Virus record (IMG/VR): IMGVR_UViG_3300020170_000001
Span: 32,001-96,000 of that record
Length of the DNA: 64,000 bases
Direction: 5' to 3' (one strand)
DNA from: a virus
This document shows, one piece after another, positions 1 through 8,502 of this stretch; the first letter of the stretch is position 1; each line of letters begins with the position of its first letter. The notes under the pieces were generated by a model, which worked only from the letters and a program-made list of their open reading frames with translations, had not been told where the DNA came from and did no database searches. Position numbers and translations under genes: made by a program.

Positions 1-231
1 CACGATCTTCTCTTTCAGCCGTTCCTTCAGCTTCTTGGTGAAGTCATCGTCGCCCGCGTCTTTCACCTGGTGCCAGCAGTAGATGTTCAGCAGAAAGATC
101 AGGGACTGCCACCAGGGCAACTTGCCATCAATCAGGAAGCGCAACACTGGCTGGGCCAGGACGTAACCGAGGGCGGGCCACTTGGTCCACTTCCATACGC
201 TATTCAACCTGCGCGGCCTCCCTCTCACCAT
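1..231 (-). CDS. Hypothetical membrane protein, partial (runs off the window)
   Basis: Manual translation MVRGRPRRLNSVWKWTKWPALGYVLAQPVLRFLIDGKLPWWQSLIFLLNIYCW... from the ATG at 231, overlapping the upstream stop; hydrophobic segments. Confidence 0.55.
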   Translation of the reverse strand, partial: MVRGRPRRLNSVWKWTKWPALGYVLAQPVLRFLIDGKLPWWQSLIFLLNIYCWHQVKDAGDDDFTKKLKERLKEKIV

Positions 232-1184
232 AAAGCCACCAGCGCCTCAAGCACCCCGACACGGGCACCGGTACGCAGGGCGTCATCTAGTACGGCCAGA
301 ACGCGGCGGCGATGCGTGCAGCTCTTCGTGTCGTAGTGCCGGGCGTGCGGCATGTATTGCCGTAGCAGGTACGGATTGATCCCGGTGGCGTCACGCCAGC
401 TCTGCCCGGCGACTTGGATGCGGTGCAGCCGCTCCAGCAGATCGAGCCGGGAATCGAGTAGGGCGACGGTTTTGATCTGGTCGGATTCGCCCAGCTCAGC
501 CATGTTCAGCAGGGCTTTGCGCTTGTCCAGGGCGATGAGATTGTCGGCGAAGCCCTGCGTCGGTGTCTCGACGACCAGAGCGTTGATGGTCGCCGGCCCG
601 GCCTTTCCGTCGAACAGCGCGATCTTGGTGCAGACCGCGGCGGCGGCGGTGAGGTTTCCACCCGTTCGGGTGAGCAGGTGCCGGGCGGTGGGCTCGTCGA
701 GCGGAGCGCGGCGGGCGACCCAGCTCAGGGCGTCGGCGTCGGTGAGCGCGCTGCACTTCACCAGGGACCCGCGGGGGGCCTTGAGCTGGGCTACGTGGGC
801 CTTGAGGTGTTTGCGCCCGCCGACGGATGTGCTGGGTAGGTCTGCTTCGCTGCTGACGAACACAAGGTAGACGCCGGGCAGGCTGCGGGTGCGCCCGAGC
901 CAGGTCTCCAGCTGGCCCCAGCGGGTCAGCTTGTCGGCGTCGCGGATCAGGATCATCCGGTTCGCGCCGGGGTTGAGTGGATACTGGTTGGCTTCGGCCC
1001 AGACGTCACGCTCGAACGTCGGGTTGAAAGACAGGCTGACATAGTCCAGATCGGAGACGTTCAGCTTGTTCTTCACAGTATCGACGACTTCCTCGATCAG
1101 GATCGGTTGGTCACCGCAGACCCACGTGACCCGGCGAAGGTCTCCGGCGTCGATGGCGGTGCGCCATTGCTGGTAGCTTCCGAT
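225..1184 (-). CDS. holA: DNA polymerase III delta-like clamp loader subunit (HolA-like)
   Basis: Frame is open upstream of the GTG at 1076 and gives RRVTWVCGDQPILIEEVVDTVK, typical of a delta N-terminus; also MILIRDAD and the helical lid ARHLLTRTGGNL; lies next to a delta-prime gene. Start uncertain (ATC 1184 or GTG 1076). Confidence 0.6.
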   Translation of the reverse strand: MGSYQQWRTAIDAGDLRRVTWVCGDQPILIEEVVDTVKNKLNVSDLDYVSLSFNPTFERDVWAEANQYPLNPGANRMILIRDADKLTRWGQLETWLGRTRSLPGVYLVFVSSEADLPSTSVGGRKHLKAHVAQLKAPRGSLVKCSALTDADALSWVARRAPLDEPTARHLLTRTGGNLTAAAAVCTKIALFDGKAGPATINALVVETPTQGFADNLIALDKRKALLNMAELGESDQIKTVALLDSRLDLLERLHRIQVAGQSWRDATGINPYLLRQYMPHARHYDTKSCTHRRRVLAVLDDALRTGARVGVLEALVALW

Positions 1185-1190
1185 CTCAGA

Positions 1191-1355
1191 TCACCATTCG
1201 AGGTGTGTTTCGGTCTTACCTTGCCGGCGTTCCCGGCGACGCATACGGCGTTTGATGGCGGAGGCGACCCCCGCGCGCTTCAGGTAGCAGTAGCGCCGAC
1301 GCCAGTAACGCGAGACGACATCGTATTCTTCGGGTCGCACCGCCGCGCGTTTCAT
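1191..1355 (-). CDS. Small Arg-rich hypothetical protein (54 aa)
   Basis: ATG at 1355 preceded by GGAGGAG; overlaps the upstream stop (ATGA). Confidence 0.6.
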   Translation of the reverse strand: MKRAAVRPEEYDVVSRYWRRRYCYLKRAGVASAIKRRMRRRERRQGKTETHLEW

Positions 1356-1528
1356 GTCTCCTCCAGTCCGTATTCGTCGTAGAGACCTGAGATCTCCACG
1401 CATTCCTTGCTGCTCGTGCATTCGCCGCCGCACTCGTCGCACACTTCGTCGGCGTAGATCGCCTGAACCTCGCGGGAGCAGCCGTCCAGGTCGAACAGCG
1501 CCATCTGACCTTCCAATTCTTGGCTCAT
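1352..1528 (-). CDS. Small acidic Cys-containing hypothetical protein
   Basis: MSQELEGQMALFDLDGC...CDECGGEC; coupled to the next gene. Confidence 0.5.
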   Translation of the reverse strand: MSQELEGQMALFDLDGCSREVQAIYADEVCDECGGECTSSKECVEISGLYDEYGLEET

Positions 1529-1690
1529 GTCAGCGAGTGCTCTGCGAGGCGAGCGGAGTCGACGATCATCGTCCAGACCTGCCCGCAGGAAACACATTCC
1601 AACTGCTGTGGCTGGCTGTGGGTTCTGGCGTCCACGCGGGACGCGCAGCAGGGACAGACCAGCACGACGTTGCGTAACAACCAGGGCTCC

Positions 1691-2485
1691 TTATCGTGAG
1701 AGGAACGGCTCCAGCGCCGCTCGTACGCCTAATCGGGGCCGTGCGCCGGGGAGCCGCGTGACGGCGGAGACCATGCGCCAGAGCCTGATCCGCTCGTGGT
1801 GCAGGCCGAAACTGTCGGCCTCGGCGAAGGTGTTCCAGCGGTGCGTCAGGCACTCGGTGAAGAACGTGGTTAGCAGGTCGGTGCAGGCGCTGTCCCAGGC
1901 GGCGCAGGCGGCGAGGAACAGGTCGCGATCGCGGGTCGCCAACGCCTTGGCGAGGTTGACAACCTGGGTCTTCTGGACCTCGCGGCCCTCTGCCTGGTAG
2001 CCGCGGGCGACCTGCCCGCGGGCGAAGGCGGCGGCGCGGTGTGCCTTCGCGACGGTGAAGCCCTGGGTGCGGTACACCGATTCCAGTTCGCCGGCGGACA
2101 GCAGCCCCAGCTCGAACACGGTGCAGCGGCTCGCCACGGTGGGCAGGGTCTTGGCATCAGCGGTGAACAGGAATTTCACCCGCGGTGGCGGCTCTTCCAG
2201 GGTCTTGAGCAGAGCGTTGAGGGCGGGTCGGCTGGAGTCGTCGAGCCGGGCGAGGATGAGCTTGAAGTCGCCGTGCGGCGCGCGAGCTGCGTAGGCGGTG
2301 ACCAGCCGAACCGTCTCGATGCTCAGCCCGTGCGGCACTTCCCAGCGGTCGATGGTGCGCACCTGGTGGTGCTCGGCGAGGTGGGTGGCCAGGGTCCACT
2401 TGCCGACGCTGGCCGGCCCGCACAGCAGGGTAGCGGCAGGCAGCTCGCGTTCGAGGTAGTGCCGAGCGGCGAGGTGGCCGATCAC
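1691..2485 (-). CDS. holB: DNA polymerase III delta-prime-like clamp loader subunit (HolB-like)
   Basis: VIGH start, GPASVGKWT P-loop, degenerate Walker B, NALLKTLEEPP and the TVASRC arginine finger; GTG at 2485 overlaps the upstream stop. Confidence 0.8.
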   Translation of the reverse strand: MIGHLAARHYLERELPAATLLCGPASVGKWTLATHLAEHHQVRTIDRWEVPHGLSIETVRLVTAYAARAPHGDFKLILARLDDSSRPALNALLKTLEEPPPRVKFLFTADAKTLPTVASRCTVFELGLLSAGELESVYRTQGFTVAKAHRAAAFARGQVARGYQAEGREVQKTQVVNLAKALATRDRDLFLAACAAWDSACTDLLTTFFTECLTHRWNTFAEADSFGLHHERIRLWRMVSAVTRLPGARPRLGVRAALEPFLSR

Positions 2486-3213
2486 TGCTCTTCCTTGGCG
2501 TGGGTCCGGCGTGGACGCTTGGCCGGCACCGGCAGCCCGTAGATCTCGGCGAGGTTCTCCTTGAGCCACCACATCCAGGAATGCATGGCGGTCGAGCTGA
2601 CGCCGAACAGCTCGCGCAGGGCGCTGATGTCGTATTGGCCGGTGGCCAGGATCTGTTCGCGGGCGGCGTCGAACAGGGCGACCAGGTCGCACCGGTCGTG
2701 CGGACTGCGCCGGGGGACACGGGCCAGGATCTGCCGGACGCCGACCGCTTCCGCCTCTTCGTTCATGGTGTCGAGGACGTGGTCGGCGTGGTCCTCGTGC
2801 GGATCGCCGTAGACCTCGACCCAGGGAGCGTCAGCGCTGGAATGATAGCCTCCCGCGTCCCGAACGTTCATGGAGAAGTCAACGTCGCAGATCTGCAGTT
2901 CCCGGCGGGCGAGCTTCTTCAGCTTGTCGCGATGCCCGCGGGTATACATGTCGACGGCGCGCGACAAGTAGGACTTGAAACGCGCGGGGCGCATCTCCCC
3001 CATGTACTCGAAGTTGAGTTCGGGGTCGAACTTCTCCAGGGAGCCACGTTCCATGAAGCGCAGGAAGATCTCGCTGGCAACGTCTTCGCGGTTGTTGTCG
3101 TCGATGCCGAAACGGGCGCAGAGGTTGACGACGTACGGGTAGTACTGGGTGAAGAGATCAGCGTAATTCTTCGGCGCAGACACGTAGTCCACGTCGACGG
3201 CGATTGCGGTCAC
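2482..3213 (-). CDS. Sigma-70 family (ECF-like) RNA polymerase sigma factor
   Basis: Region-2-like DLFTQYYPYVVNLC...REDVASEIFLRF...FDP...FKSYL and a C-terminal HTH (ISALRELFGVSSTAMHSW); GTG at 3213 with AAGGAG SD. Confidence 0.65.
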   Translation of the reverse strand: MTAIAVDVDYVSAPKNYADLFTQYYPYVVNLCARFGIDDNNREDVASEIFLRFMERGSLEKFDPELNFEYMGEMRPARFKSYLSRAVDMYTRGHRDKLKKLARRELQICDVDFSMNVRDAGGYHSSADAPWVEVYGDPHEDHADHVLDTMNEEAEAVGVRQILARVPRRSPHDRCDLVALFDAAREQILATGQYDISALRELFGVSSTAMHSWMWWLKENLAEIYGLPVPAKRPRRTHAKEEQ

Positions 3214-3405
3214 AGCGCTCCTTGAATCCCCTCGTTCAGGAATGCGGGTTCCCTGATATTCAGTTGTCGGCGTGTGGTGCGGGACCGGGGCGACCGTCAT
3301 TGGGCGCGGCAGGATCGACCCGGTCCCGAGCGTGTGGGCCGGAGCTAGGCGCTCGACGGCTGGAAGGTGCAAGACACGGCAAGCCCCCGCTTCGTGTGTC
3401 GGCTG

Positions 3406-3687
3406 CTATTCGAGAATGTCCGGCGGCCGTGCCCAGCGTGCAGCGCTGGCGGCTTGATGCCGGTTGATATCTGCGAAGCGCGCAGCAAGCCGCGTTCCGC
3501 GTTGCTCAGCGCGGGCGACCACGCTGTTGTCCTCGTTCCGAAATCGCTCGTACTCCGCTGCCGGAGCAAGGCAACGCTCAGGCTGGCGCTGAAAAAGGTC
3601 TATATATTGCGGACAGTCGACGAGGTGCAGACTGATCTTGCGCTGCGAATCAGTCCGACCGCACCCGGCACAACGTCCTGCTGCCAT
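3406..3687 (-). CDS. Hypothetical Zn-finger protein
   Basis: CAGC-x11-HLVDC pattern; strong GAGGAGG SD. Confidence 0.7.
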   Translation of the reverse strand: MAAGRCAGCGRTDSQRKISLHLVDCPQYIDLFQRQPERCLAPAAEYERFRNEDNSVVARAEQRGTRLAARFADINRHQAASAARWARPPDILE

Positions 3688-3689
3688 CG

Positions 3690-3968
3690 GAACCCTCCTC
3701 GCGGAGTAAGCGAAATCCTACGACCGTCCAACGACCTCCGCCACCCGCGGTAACGCAATATCGCTGTAGGTAGATACCGCAGCGGAATGGTTATCGATGA
3801 ATGGCAGGAGCTTGTTTCCCGGCGGAGTGAAGCCGGTGAGAGGACTATCCTAAACCGGACATCCCAGGACATGCCCGGTCACGCGGAAGAAAGAATCTTT
3901 TTTTTCTCCCGTCACCGGCTGCCGCCTTCCTCGTTACGCCCGCGAGAGACGCCACAGTAGATTGAGGG
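3690..3968. promoter_or_regulatory. Divergent intergenic promoter region
   Basis: Non-coding gap between leftward and rightward genes, with an A/T tract (aagaaaagaatcttttttttct) near 3886-3907. Confidence 0.45.
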
Positions 3969-4244
3969 TTGACGATGGACAGGGACGAGCAGGATTGCGG
4001 ACACACCGAAGAGGACCACACCGAGATGCGAGAGCTGGTGAATCTGGTCCGAGTCGTGCAGACGATCGAGAACCCCCGGGTCGCGCTGATCGTCACCGAC
4101 AGCGGAGAGGTTCACTTCGCCACTTCGCTGCCGCCGGGCGAGGCCGCCAGGGCGCTGGCGCTCATGGCTGATCGAGTGCGCCGCTACGGAGGCAACTACG
4201 TTCACGATCACTTCGATCGCGCTCAGGCGTCGCCGTGGAATTGA
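3969..4244 (+). CDS. Hypothetical protein
   Basis: 91-aa ORF with phage-like codon usage, overlapping the next + gene. Confidence 0.6.
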   Translation: MTMDRDEQDCGHTEEDHTEMRELVNLVRVVQTIENPRVALIVTDSGEVHFATSLPPGEAARALALMADRVRRYGGNYVHDHFDRAQASPWN

Positions 4245-4642
4245 CCCGGGACCTCCTGCTGTCTATCTGCGGTGGGCTGCTCGGGTCGTTGACCGTCAGT
4301 CTGCTCATCTCGGTCTTCACCCGTCCGCGCGAGCGCGCCAAGCGATCACCGAAGGGCAGTCGACCAAAGGGTCGACCTCCGAAAGGAACCCGGCCCGAGG
4401 TTCGGATGAAACACGACGGGATCATCTACGACGTCACCGAGGGCCTGGAGCGCCGCGGGGACGACGAAGAGGGCTTCGCGGTCTGGGTGGTCCACGGGCC
4501 CGCACACGTGACCGTCACCGTGCCACCGTCCATGGCGATCGCCCTGCCGGCACCGGATCAGACGTCCGTCGCCGTCCACATCGTCGGTGGCAAATTCGCT
4601 ACCGCGGAACAGATCGACGCGGACTATCCGCCGGCCCCCTGA
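4235..4642 (+). CDS. Membrane-anchored hypothetical protein
   Basis: N-terminal TM (LLLSICGGLLGSLTVSLLISVF), then basic PKG repeats and a beta-rich domain. Confidence 0.65.
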   Translation: MELTRDLLLSICGGLLGSLTVSLLISVFTRPRERAKRSPKGSRPKGRPPKGTRPEVRMKHDGIIYDVTEGLERRGDDEEGFAVWVVHGPAHVTVTVPPSMAIALPAPDQTSVAVHIVGGKFATAEQIDADYPPAP

Positions 4643-4647
4643 TCGAC

Positions 4648-4684
4648 CAGAGCCCGACCCTTTAGCTTCAGGGGTCGGGCTCTG
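4648..4684. terminator. Probable bidirectional terminator hairpin
   Basis: 13-bp inverted repeat CAGAGCCCGACCC / GGGTCGGGCTCTG between convergent genes. Confidence 0.7.
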
Positions 4685-4692
4685 TGCTTGGG

Positions 4693-5607
4693 TCAGGCCA
4701 GTGCTGCGCCGGCCTCCTTGCGGAGCTCGCGGTCGACGAACGTCGCGGTGCCCGGGTTGAGGCTGACCGTGCCGTCGGCGAGCTCGGCCAGCGCCCACGT
4801 GTGCTTCGGCTTCCAGCCCGGCTCGGCGGCGTGGTCGTCGGGCTCCAGGCCGATCACGGTGGTCTGCCAGCCGTCTCCCTGGATGCGGTCCAGGTAGTGG
4901 TAGTGCAGGTGCCCGTGTAGCCAGTACGCGGGCTGGTGAGCCCGTAGGGCCCGTTCCAGGCGCAGTTGGTTGGGCACGCAGCCCGGCAATTCCTTGCGGT
5001 TCCAGGTCGGCTTCGCGCTGTAGGGCTTGTCGTGGCTCAGCACGATCTGCTTGCGGCTGCTGTCGGCGGCCAGCAGATCGTCCATCTCGGCGTCGGTCAT
5101 CTCCTCCTCGGGGAACCAGAGGGTGCCGGCCGTGGGCTCGACGGTCTCGTGTTTCCCGCCCGCGGCGGCCCGGTCGTTGGCCTTGCGCAGCAGGTGCAGG
5201 TAGCGCTCTTGCTCGTGCTGGATTCGCCAGGCCTTGTCGACGGAATAGGCACCGCCGAAGGAGCGGAACGAGACGCCGCCCCAGCTCCAGGTGTGACCCT
5301 GGGGAATGTAGAAGACGAAGTCGCGGCAGACGAGGAAGCCGCGACGGTCGCGGATGTCGCCGTAGGCCTTCAGGGTATGCGAATGCTTGTCGTGGTTGCC
5401 GTGCAGCCAGTACAGCGGGATGCCGGAGGCGACGCAGAGTTCGTTCACCTCGTCCATGTAGGCGACACCGTCAATGGTGTGTTCCCAGGCTCCGAAATCG
5501 CCGAGGACAACGAGGGCGTCGACTTGCAGGGTCATCGCCACGGGGAAGATGTAGCCGCGCAACCAGTCGGCGAAGCCGTGGGTGTCGCCAACGAACATGA
5601 CTCTCAC
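4693..5607 (-). CDS. Calcineurin-like metallophosphoesterase
   Basis: Motifs GDTHG, GDFG, GNHD, LSHD, GHLH. Confidence 0.9.
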   Translation of the reverse strand: MRVMFVGDTHGFADWLRGYIFPVAMTLQVDALVVLGDFGAWEHTIDGVAYMDEVNELCVASGIPLYWLHGNHDKHSHTLKAYGDIRDRRGFLVCRDFVFYIPQGHTWSWGGVSFRSFGGAYSVDKAWRIQHEQERYLHLLRKANDRAAAGGKHETVEPTAGTLWFPEEEMTDAEMDDLLAADSSRKQIVLSHDKPYSAKPTWNRKELPGCVPNQLRLERALRAHQPAYWLHGHLHYHYLDRIQGDGWQTTVIGLEPDDHAAEPGWKPKHTWALAELADGTVSLNPGTATFVDRELRKEAGAALA

Positions 5608-5653
5608 GGATTACCTACCTCGAAATGGTGTCCGTGGATGCGGCTTGTCGCTG

Positions 5654-5698
5654 AAAAGGCTGAACCCCGGCCCCCTTCGCGGGAGGCCGGGGTTCAGC
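5654..5698 (-). terminator. Intrinsic terminator after lsr2
   Basis: 14-bp stem GCTGAACCCCGGCC / GGCCGGGGTTCAGC followed by CTTTT on the minus strand. Confidence 0.75.
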
Positions 5699-5714
5699 AG
5701 GAAGGGAGATTGGG

Positions 5715-6248
5715 TTAGGCGTTGGCCCTGAACTTGACGGGACTGGCTTTCCTGGTCCGTTTCTGCGGCGGCGCTGCGCTTTCATCGGAAGCCGCCGGCT
5801 CAGCGGGCTCGGTCGGAGGAGTTTCGAACTCCCCGAGCAAGTCGGCCTGCACTTGCGCAACGGAGGTGGTGTCGCTGTGGAAGGCGTCGACGACGTACTG
5901 CGGAATGCGGCCCTTCTCGTGGAGCATGTGGCCCTTGTCCGCAGCCCAGCCCCGAATCCTCTGGTTGAGCTCCTTGTTGGCCTGGAAGGTGGGGTGGTTG
6001 ACGCCGCTGCGAGGCCCCGACGGAGAAGATCCTCCGCGGCGGTGGCTGCTGAGTTGAGCGGGCTCGCCCACTCTGCCGAGGCGTGTCCCGGCGTCCTGGT
6101 AGGTCGCTAGGAACTTGCGCAACACACTTGCGTTCTTGGAGGTGAGATCGATTTCGTAGGCGATGCCGTCGAGCGCGAACCTGAGGGTCTCGTCGGCGTC
6201 TGTGCCGTCGAGGTCGTCGGTGATTTTGGTGATGATCTGCTTGGCCAC
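5715..6248 (-). CDS. lsr2: Lsr2 family nucleoid-associated protein
   Basis: DDLDGTDADETLRFALDGIAYEIDLT dimerisation domain; IRGWAADKG...KGRIPQYVVDAF DNA-binding domain. Confidence 0.92.
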   Translation of the reverse strand: MAKQIITKITDDLDGTDADETLRFALDGIAYEIDLTSKNASVLRKFLATYQDAGTRLGRVGEPAQLSSHRRGGSSPSGPRSGVNHPTFQANKELNQRIRGWAADKGHMLHEKGRIPQYVVDAFHSDTTSVAQVQADLLGEFETPPTEPAEPAASDESAAPPQKRTRKASPVKFRANA

Positions 6249-6264
6249 CGGTCGAGGGGTCCTT

Positions 6265-6690
6265 TCAGCGAGTGTTCCGTGCTTCCAATTCGTCCATGAG
6301 TCCGCCCAGCAAGGCGAACAGCATCCTCGTGCTGGGAACAGTGGTGTCTACGATCGTCCGGGCGGGCGAGTTGCCGGTCCTGACCGGTCCGACCGCGGTG
6401 ATCGCGACATGGTAGCCGTAGGTGAGCCGCGCCGAGGCGTCGAACATCTTCATGGCAAGATCGCCTCGGTCCTCGTTGTCGGCGAGGGCTACCGACGACG
6501 AGAGATCGAAGGGCGGCGGGAAGGTGAGTTCTCCTTCGGCTAAATCAGCAACGATCGCAAAAAGCTGGCTGAGCCCACTTCGCCCGTCGGATATCGAGCC
6601 CGAATCACTCCGCATGACTGCCTCCGTCACCGTCTGCTGCCGAACTGACGGGGGATGAACATCTGCCCACGGTAAAACGTCCGTCGACAC
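6265..6690 (-). CDS. Hypothetical protein
   Basis: 141-aa ORF abutting its neighbours. Confidence 0.5.
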   Translation of the reverse strand: MSTDVLPWADVHPPSVRQQTVTEAVMRSDSGSISDGRSGLSQLFAIVADLAEGELTFPPPFDLSSSVALADNEDRGDLAMKMFDASARLTYGYHVAITAVGPVRTGNSPARTIVDTTVPSTRMLFALLGGLMDELEARNTR

Positions 6691-7088
6691 TACGTCAACC
6701 TTGCTTGCTGCCAGGCGAACATATTTACGATCTCTTTCTCGTCCCAGCCCGCCGCAGTGCAGAGGTCATCGAGCAGCTCGTCAGCCTCCGCGGCCCAGTC
6801 CACTCGCCTCTTCTGTTGTGACCGCATCCAGCACAGACACGCAAGATCGAGCCAATGTGCGGCGCACAGAGCGAAGATGTTTCCCGCGGCTTTTTCGGGC
6901 ACGTGCCCAGACCACAACAGACTAGCGGCGACAGCGCTGTCACAAATCCGAACGAGTGACAGCGACCGCCACGGCGGCAACGTCAAGTCCAGCAGCGGCC
7001 CGCGGCACTCCCCCACATCCCGGTTTCGCGTCGCGAGGGCCCGAACGAACTCCCACTCGCTGCCGGCATTGGTCGGTTCGCACACCAT
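6690..7088 (-). CDS. Hypothetical protein
   Basis: 132-aa ORF with GGAG SD; stop overlaps the next start. Confidence 0.45.
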   Translation of the reverse strand: MVCEPTNAGSEWEFVRALATRNRDVGECRGPLLDLTLPPWRSLSLVRICDSAVAASLLWSGHVPEKAAGNIFALCAAHWLDLACLCWMRSQQKRRVDWAAEADELLDDLCTAAGWDEKEIVNMFAWQQARLT

Positions 7089-7208
7089 GCGATGAACTCC
7101 TGAAACATGCAGGCGGCCCAGCTCCGCAACGAGAACTGGGCCACCCGAAGGTAGACGGACAACCGGGAAACGGTTGATCCCGACCTCTCTACCTGCACAA
7201 CCTGCCGT

Positions 7209-7625
7209 CTATTCAGCTGGCGAAGGATCCCCCGGGTTGTCCGCCAAATAGGCCCCAACCAGCGCCTTGTTCGGCGGACCGGACGGAAAGATCCGCGTGT
7301 CGGTCCACCCCTGGTCAGTTCCCCACTGCTTGACCCGGCGGTTCCACTGCTGGAGCAGCTGGGCGTAGGAGAGATCTTTGACCGCTGCGGCGTCCCGAAC
7401 GCGATCGGCGAAAACCGCGTCGACCTCCTGCTCCAGGATCAGCAGAAGCGGTCGCTTGTCGTCCACGCCGGTGCTGATCTTGTAGACGTGCCGAAACGCC
7501 CGCTGCTGGTAGATCATGTAGTAGATCGTGCCCTTGTGCACGCCGTAGCGCGCGGAGATCGCGGCGACCGGGAGGTACCCAGGAAGTTCCGGGATCTCGT
7601 CCTGGGTGAGCTTCTTCTTGCCCAT
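7209..7625 (-). CDS. HTH DNA-binding protein with an Lsr2-like C-terminal domain
   Basis: YLPVAAISARYGVHKGTIYYMI HTH; C-terminal NRRVKQWGTDQG...SGPPNKALVGAY resembles the Lsr2 DNA-binding domain; ATG at 7625 with AAGGAGG SD. Confidence 0.65.
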   Translation of the reverse strand: MGKKKLTQDEIPELPGYLPVAAISARYGVHKGTIYYMIYQQRAFRHVYKISTGVDDKRPLLLILEQEVDAVFADRVRDAAAVKDLSYAQLLQQWNRRVKQWGTDQGWTDTRIFPSGPPNKALVGAYLADNPGDPSPAE

Positions 7626-7636
7626 GTGCGCCTCCT

Positions 7637-8257
7637 TCAGTCGTCGTTCATGGTCCCCCAGAGTACATCGTATTTCTGGCTCGTGGACAACGGCCCGACA
7701 TGTAGAGCGCGGTGCATGAACTCCTTGCAGCTGGCCAGCCACAGGCCCACGTCGTCGCCGGATTTGACGAGCTCAAGCAGGGCGAAGCAGCGATTGAGGG
7801 CGCGGGCGATGTCGGGCTCGAACTGGCGCTGTGACCAGTCGGCGCTGGTTCGCCGGCAGTACGTCTTGAGCGCATCCGCCATGAGCGCCTTGTCCGGTTG
7901 CGGTTGATATTCCTTGGCGCTTTCCCAGTCCGCCGCGAGATCTCGCGGCTTGACCCCGACGCGGTCGAGCAGCCGCAGCGCGGCTGCCTGGCGGGTGGTG
8001 TCCATCGCCTTTGCCGCCAGGCTCACCGGCGTGTAGTAGGCCGAACAGCTGAAGCAGTACGCGGAGTTGGTCTCCGGGTAGATCCGCATGGCGGGGCTGA
8101 CCCCGCCGTCGGAGTGATACGTCTCGCCGAACGGGCATTCCACCTTCTGGCTGCGGCGGGAGCCGAGCTCGTCCGGCAGGTCCATCCGCAGCATCTGGCA
8201 CACCGTGACGATCGAGACCTGCTCGTTCGCCACGGCGACGACATTCGGCCGAGGCAC
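7637..8257 (-). CDS. DNA primase CHC2-type zinc-binding domain protein (no TOPRIM domain)
   Basis: CPFGETYH...PAMRIY...AYCFSC. Confidence 0.75.
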   Translation of the reverse strand: MPRPNVVAVANEQVSIVTVCQMLRMDLPDELGSRRSQKVECPFGETYHSDGGVSPAMRIYPETNSAYCFSCSAYYTPVSLAAKAMDTTRQAAALRLLDRVGVKPRDLAADWESAKEYQPQPDKALMADALKTYCRRTSADWSQRQFEPDIARALNRCFALLELVKSGDDVGLWLASCKEFMHRALHVGPLSTSQKYDVLWGTMNDD

Positions 8258-8263
8258 CGGAAA

Positions 8264-8464
8264 CTACTTGGCGGCCGGCGTATCAAACTGCGCCACGAGC
8301 AGCGGGGCGATGTGGCTCTCCGGGTAACGACGGTGCCCGCCCGGCGTTTTGATGCTGAGGATCTTGCCGGCCAACGCCCAGCGGGTCACCGTCTTCGGAT
8401 CGACCGCAAACCGCTCGGCAACCTCGCGAGGCGTCAGCAACTTATCCTTCTTCTGCTGTGTCAT
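8264..8464 (-). CDS. bldC: BldC-family MerR-like HTH regulator
   Basis: LLTPREVAERFAVDPKTVTRWALAGKILSIKTPGGHRRY closely matches the BldC core as recalled (LLTPAEVATMFRVDPKTVTRWAKAGKLTSIRTLGGHRRY). Confidence 0.85.
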   Translation of the reverse strand: MTQQKKDKLLTPREVAERFAVDPKTVTRWALAGKILSIKTPGGHRRYPESHIAPLLVAQFDTPAAK

Positions 8465-8502
8465 GCCCTCTATACCGATTCGAGGACCCGATTAGTAATC
8501 GG

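Noticed and set aside
8264-8464. Excisionase implying an integration module
   Set aside because: No integrase or att-like site is visible in the window, and the sequence matches BldC closely; a temperate lifestyle cannot be judged from this window
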